Source: Herminiimonas sp. (lineage in GTDB: Bacteria > Pseudomonadota > Gammaproteobacteria > Burkholderiales > Burkholderiaceae_D). Taken from it: a stretch of 64,000 nt of DNA. Positions 60,728 through 64,000 of this stretch are shown in pieces. The translations under genes were made by a program, and so were the position numbers. Location of the stretch: NCBI GenBank assembly GCA_028292665.1, contig JAQGLW010000074.1:314-64313 (forward strand), given 5' to 3'. Position 1 is the stretch's first letter, and each line of letters opens with the position of its first letter. Below the pieces are notes generated by a model that had not been told where the DNA came from, did no database searches, and worked only from the letters and a program-made list of their open reading frames with translations.

Positions 60728-62386
60728 GTGGGCACAGTAGATGATCTTTTGCGCCGTCTTGACCAGCTTAACGAGGTCGGCGCCGCGCTGTCGAACGAGC
60801 GCGACATCAAGCGCCTGCTGGAAAAAATCCTGATTGCAGCCCAAAAAATCACGCAGGCTGACGGCGGCACGCTTTACTCGATGACTGAAGACAAGTCCAG
60901 CCTGCAGTTCGAAATTCTCAGAAATACCAGCCTGGCAATCGCTCTTGGGGGAACCTCCGACAAGCCGATCCCGTTTGCAGCGCTGCCGCTGACAACGGAA
61001 GATGGATTGCCGAACACCTCGATGATCGCGGCGTATTGCGCAATTCATCGAAAAACGGTGAATATTCCGGATGCATACGAAGCAAAAGGCTTCGATTTTT
61101 CCGGAACACGCAGATTCGATGAAGGTATCGGTTATCGTTCGAAATCGTTTCTCACCGTACCGATGAAAAATCACGAGGACGAAATAATCGGCGTGCTGCA
61201 ACTGATCAATGCCATCGATGCAGATACGAATCAGGTGGTGCCGTTTTCAGCGGCAGCCCAGCGTCTGGCCGAGTCGCTCGCATCGCAAGCTGCGATTGCG
61301 CTTTCCAATCGCCAGTTGATCCTGCAGCAGGAAGCCTTGTTCGAATCGTTCATCGGCATGATCAACTTCGCCATTGACGACAAATCCCCCTATACCGGCG
61401 GACACTGCCAGCGTGTTCCTGCGCTTACGATGATGCTTGCCGAAGCGGTCGAGGAAACCACCGAGGGGCCGTTTGCGTCGTTCAGCATGACCGAGCAGGA
61501 TCGTTACGAATTGAAGATCGCCGGACTTCTGCATGACTGCGGCAAAATCACGACGCCGGTTCATGTCGTGGACAAGGAAACCAAGCTGCAAACCATTTTT
61601 GATCGCATCGATCTGGTGGATACGCGCTTTGAAGTACTGAAACGGGATGCTGAAATCGCGATGCTCGAAGCCAGGCTTGCATTGCGTGCCGCAGAAAATC
61701 CTGCCGCCGAAAAGGCTTTGGAATCCGGGTTCAGGCAACAGGTGGAACAGCTCGATAGCGAGCGCGAATTTCTGCGCCGGGCGAATATCGGCAGCGAGGC
61801 GATGCGGTCGGAAGACCAGCAGGCCGTACGCGATATCGGTGCAAGTCATCGATGGATCAATCCCCAAGGGGAAACGGTAAATTTTCTTACCGATAACGAA
61901 ACGGAAAATCTGGTCATACGTGCCGGCACGCTTACTCCGTCCGAACGTGAAATCATTAACAATCACATCGTCGTCACCATCAAGATGCTCGAAAGCCTGC
62001 CTTGGGTCAAGCATCTCAAACGCGTGCCGGAATATGCCGGCGGGCATCATGAACGGATGGATGGCAAAGGCTATCCACGCGGTCTTACGCGTGATCAGAT
62101 GTCGGTGCAGGCCCGGATCATGGGCATCGCCGACATCTTCGAGGCACTTACCGCAAAAGACCGCCCTTACAAACCCGGCAAAACGCTTTCCGAATCATTA
62201 AGCATCTTGGCCAAACTCAATCGCAACGGCCACATCGATCCCGATCTGTTCAATATTTTCGTGCGCAGCAAGGTCTATCTCAAATATGGATTGGAGTTTC
62301 TCGACCCTGAACAGATTGATGAAGTGGATGAATCCAAAGTCATTGAATTTGCCGCCGGGTCCGACAAACCGCATAACAATTCTTAA
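60728..62386 (+). CDS. GAF-domain fused HD-GYP phosphohydrolase
   Basis: GTG start 5 nt after AAGGAGG. 552 aa with an N-terminal GAF-like domain (..DGGTLYSM...FLTVPMKNHEDEIIGVLQLINA). HD is at 61532-61537 (LLHDCGK) and HHERMDGKGYPRGL at about 62045-62085, separated by an unusually long insert of about 170 aa. Confidence 0.88.
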   Translation: MGTVDDLLRRLDQLNEVGAALSNERDIKRLLEKILIAAQKITQADGGTLYSMTEDKSSLQFEILRNTSLAIALGGTSDKPIPFAALPLTTEDGLPNTSMIAAYCAIHRKTVNIPDAYEAKGFDFSGTRRFDEGIGYRSKSFLTVPMKNHEDEIIGVLQLINAIDADTNQVVPFSAAAQRLAESLASQAAIALSNRQLILQQEALFESFIGMINFAIDDKSPYTGGHCQRVPALTMMLAEAVEETTEGPFASFSMTEQDRYELKIAGLLHDCGKITTPVHVVDKETKLQTIFDRIDLVDTRFEVLKRDAEIAMLEARLALRAAENPAAEKALESGFRQQVEQLDSEREFLRRANIGSEAMRSEDQQAVRDIGASHRWINPQGETVNFLTDNETENLVIRAGTLTPSEREIINNHIVVTIKMLESLPWVKHLKRVPEYAGGHHERMDGKGYPRGLTRDQMSVQARIMGIADIFEALTAKDRPYKPGKTLSESLSILAKLNRNGHIDPDLFNIFVRSKVYLKYGLEFLDPEQIDEVDESKVIEFAAGSDKPHNNS

Positions 62387-62692
62387 AGCTTCAGTACAAA
62401 CGGCAGCGCTCTGCCCGCATAAACATTCGCGCAACAGCATCGTCCGTCCAACGATCGCCGCCGCGAATGCAGGGGACTCGCGTTGCAGCTTTTGCTGTTT
62501 TCCACCAAGATGCATGGATTCCATGCACGGCAGCCTATGATGCTGCAACAGTTTCCATATCGTCATGCCCTGCTTGCACTATTGCGCCGACCTTGGCGAT
62601 GACTACGGCAATGGCACAGTACAATACGGAATGATGGACGTCTTCCACAAGTGTTATCACGGCATATCGAATTTATCCGTACACGGCATTTC

Positions 62693-63661
62693 ATGGTAAC
62701 CCGCATCACACGCATACTTATTTTTTTTCAGATCGCCGTCGCGATCGCACTGTGCGCGCTCATGATCAAGGCAGGCCACATCGACAGTTCGATGCTGGCT
62801 GTGGGTTTGAGTATCGGGCTTGTTTTGCTGATGCGCCTTTTGATTACCGCCAATAATTTTTTCATTGCGTGGCTGTATCGCAGCGAAACGCCGAATTTGC
62901 TCCATCTCAACTATCGTCAGGCCTGCCGGTTATTCATAGACGAATTTTATGCATCAATGTCAAGTTCTTCCTGGACGATGGCTTTTCATTCATTCACCAA
63001 ACGTCCGGCGGAAGATCCAATCGGATTGCCGGTTCTGCTTATTCATGGTTATGGCTGCAACAGCGGCTACTGGCATGCAATGAGCAGGAGATTGAAACGG
63101 GAGCGCATCACCCACTACGCTGTTGACCTGGAGCCGGTATTGGCCGGCATCGATGACTATGTGCCCGCGGTAAATGACACTGTGGAAACGCTATGCAGGG
63201 AAACCGGCCATGACAAAGTCATCATCGTCGCCCACAGCATGGGTGGTTTGGTGGCACGCGCTTATCTGCGCGACTACGGCAATGCACGTATCGCCAAAGT
63301 AATTACGCTCGGGACGCCGCATCGCGGGACAGGTCTGGCGAATTTCGGCGCAGGCCCGAATTCAAAGCAGATGCGTTGGAAAGGGAAAGCAGGAAACGGC
63401 GTGCCAAGCGAATGGTTGCGCAAACTGGAAGCTGCTGAAGACAATGCTGTCCGGGCATTATTCGTATCGATTTATTCGCATCATGACAATATCGTTTCGC
63501 CGCAAATTTCATCTCGCTTCGCCGGCGCTGCAAATATCGAATTTCATGGTGTCGGGCATGTTGCGTTGGCATTCAACCCAGCCATTCAGACGCGTGTAGT
63601 TGAAGAAATTCAAAATACGCCGCAAAAAATATCTGCCGTGTCTGAAGAAAAATTTGCCTGA
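62693..63661 (+). CDS. membrane-anchored alpha/beta hydrolase (lipase-like)
   Basis: ATG at 62693 gives MVTRITRILIFFQIAVAIALCAL... (2 TM). Then PVLLIHGYGCNSGYW, the nucleophile elbow AHSMGG, and GTPHRGT. Confidence 0.78.
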   Translation: MVTRITRILIFFQIAVAIALCALMIKAGHIDSSMLAVGLSIGLVLLMRLLITANNFFIAWLYRSETPNLLHLNYRQACRLFIDEFYASMSSSSWTMAFHSFTKRPAEDPIGLPVLLIHGYGCNSGYWHAMSRRLKRERITHYAVDLEPVLAGIDDYVPAVNDTVETLCRETGHDKVIIVAHSMGGLVARAYLRDYGNARIAKVITLGTPHRGTGLANFGAGPNSKQMRWKGKAGNGVPSEWLRKLEAAEDNAVRALFVSIYSHHDNIVSPQISSRFAGAANIEFHGVGHVALAFNPAIQTRVVEEIQNTPQKISAVSEEKFA

Positions 63662-63898
63662 TACATTGATCAATCCGGATGGTGGATGTAATTCAATCGC
63701 TCTCCATACTCATTTTTGCGACAGCAATTCATGAAAAAAAGTATATATGGCAACCGGTTTACTTGAACTTTTTTTATTAAATGACAACTCAATAGCTATA
63801 ACCCGATTTTTGCAATCGCGTTAGTTAGCGCGACACGCATGCCTGTCAATTTGACGGTTAATTGCCGTTATTTTTGCCATCATACCAAGGAAACTGCC

Positions 63899-64000
63899 AT
63901 GAAAAATCACTATCGGAAGGTCGCAGCCATCATTGCGCTGTCCTTTGGAATCGCGCCTGTTTTTGCGGCGGATATCGTTGATACTGCAACAGCAGCCGGA
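63899..64000 (+). CDS. fasciclin-domain protein (5' fragment, truncated by the window end)
   Basis: AAGGA lies 7 nt upstream of the ATG. MKNHYRKVAAIIALSFGIAPVFA|ADIVDTATAAG has a signal peptide plus the typical fasciclin N-terminus. Only 34 codons are visible. Confidence 0.5.
   Translation, partial: MKNHYRKVAAIIALSFGIAPVFAADIVDTATAAG

Noticed and set aside
59157-62050. Minus-strand ORFs of 343 aa (59157..60188), 228 aa (60515..61201) and 267 aa (61247..62050) inside the candidate module
   Set aside because: All are antisense to the GspE-like and HD-GYP genes, which carry clear catalytic motifs. The antisense translations have no recognisable domains or start signals.

Overview
This 64-kb window looks like mostly core genome from a moderate-GC betaproteobacterium. 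The gene order resembles Burkholderiales/Oxalobacteraceae; that placement is inferred from synteny only.

Contents from left to right:
- Two tiny membrane ORFs, then on the minus strand merR-like, ihfA, pheT, pheS, rplT, rpmI, infC, thrS, tRNA-Val(GAC), relA and ridA.
- A ketone-body/3-hydroxybutyrate locus: alpha/beta hydrolase, bdhA, a PQQ-type dehydrogenase, scoBA and a PAS-LuxR regulator.
- An SDR, ETF-ubiquinone oxidoreductase, a NUDIX hydrolase and a small membrane protein.
- The complete 14-gene nuoN-to-nuoA operon on the minus strand.
- tRNA-Leu(GAG), secG, tpiA, a quinone oxidoreductase, NDH-2, pnp and rpsO.
- A lipoprotein, an Hsp20 gene with a sigma-32-type promoter, leuA, pssA, psd, a SIMPL protein and ilvC-ilvH-ilvI.
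- An ECF sigma / DUF3619 / DUF3106 / RDD cluster.
- A same-strand four-gene cluster at 55.0-62.4 kb: CHASE2 class-III cyclase, class-II-like cyclic-nucleotide phosphodiesterase, GAF-fused GspE/PilB-type ATPase, and GAF-fused HD-GYP phosphodiesterase.
- A membrane-anchored lipase-like hydrolase and the start of a fasciclin-like gene.

I saw no rRNA, CRISPR array, transposase, integrase or prophage genes.

The cyclic-nucleotide cluster with its orphan secretion-type ATPase is the best candidate for an undescribed system. Other non-coding oddities:
- a 166-nt MITE-like palindrome
- a repeat family inside nuo intercistronic spacers
- a structured thrS-infC spacer
- a relic copy of the ilvC 3' end

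All calls come from reading the sequence and ORF translations by eye. No database search was run.
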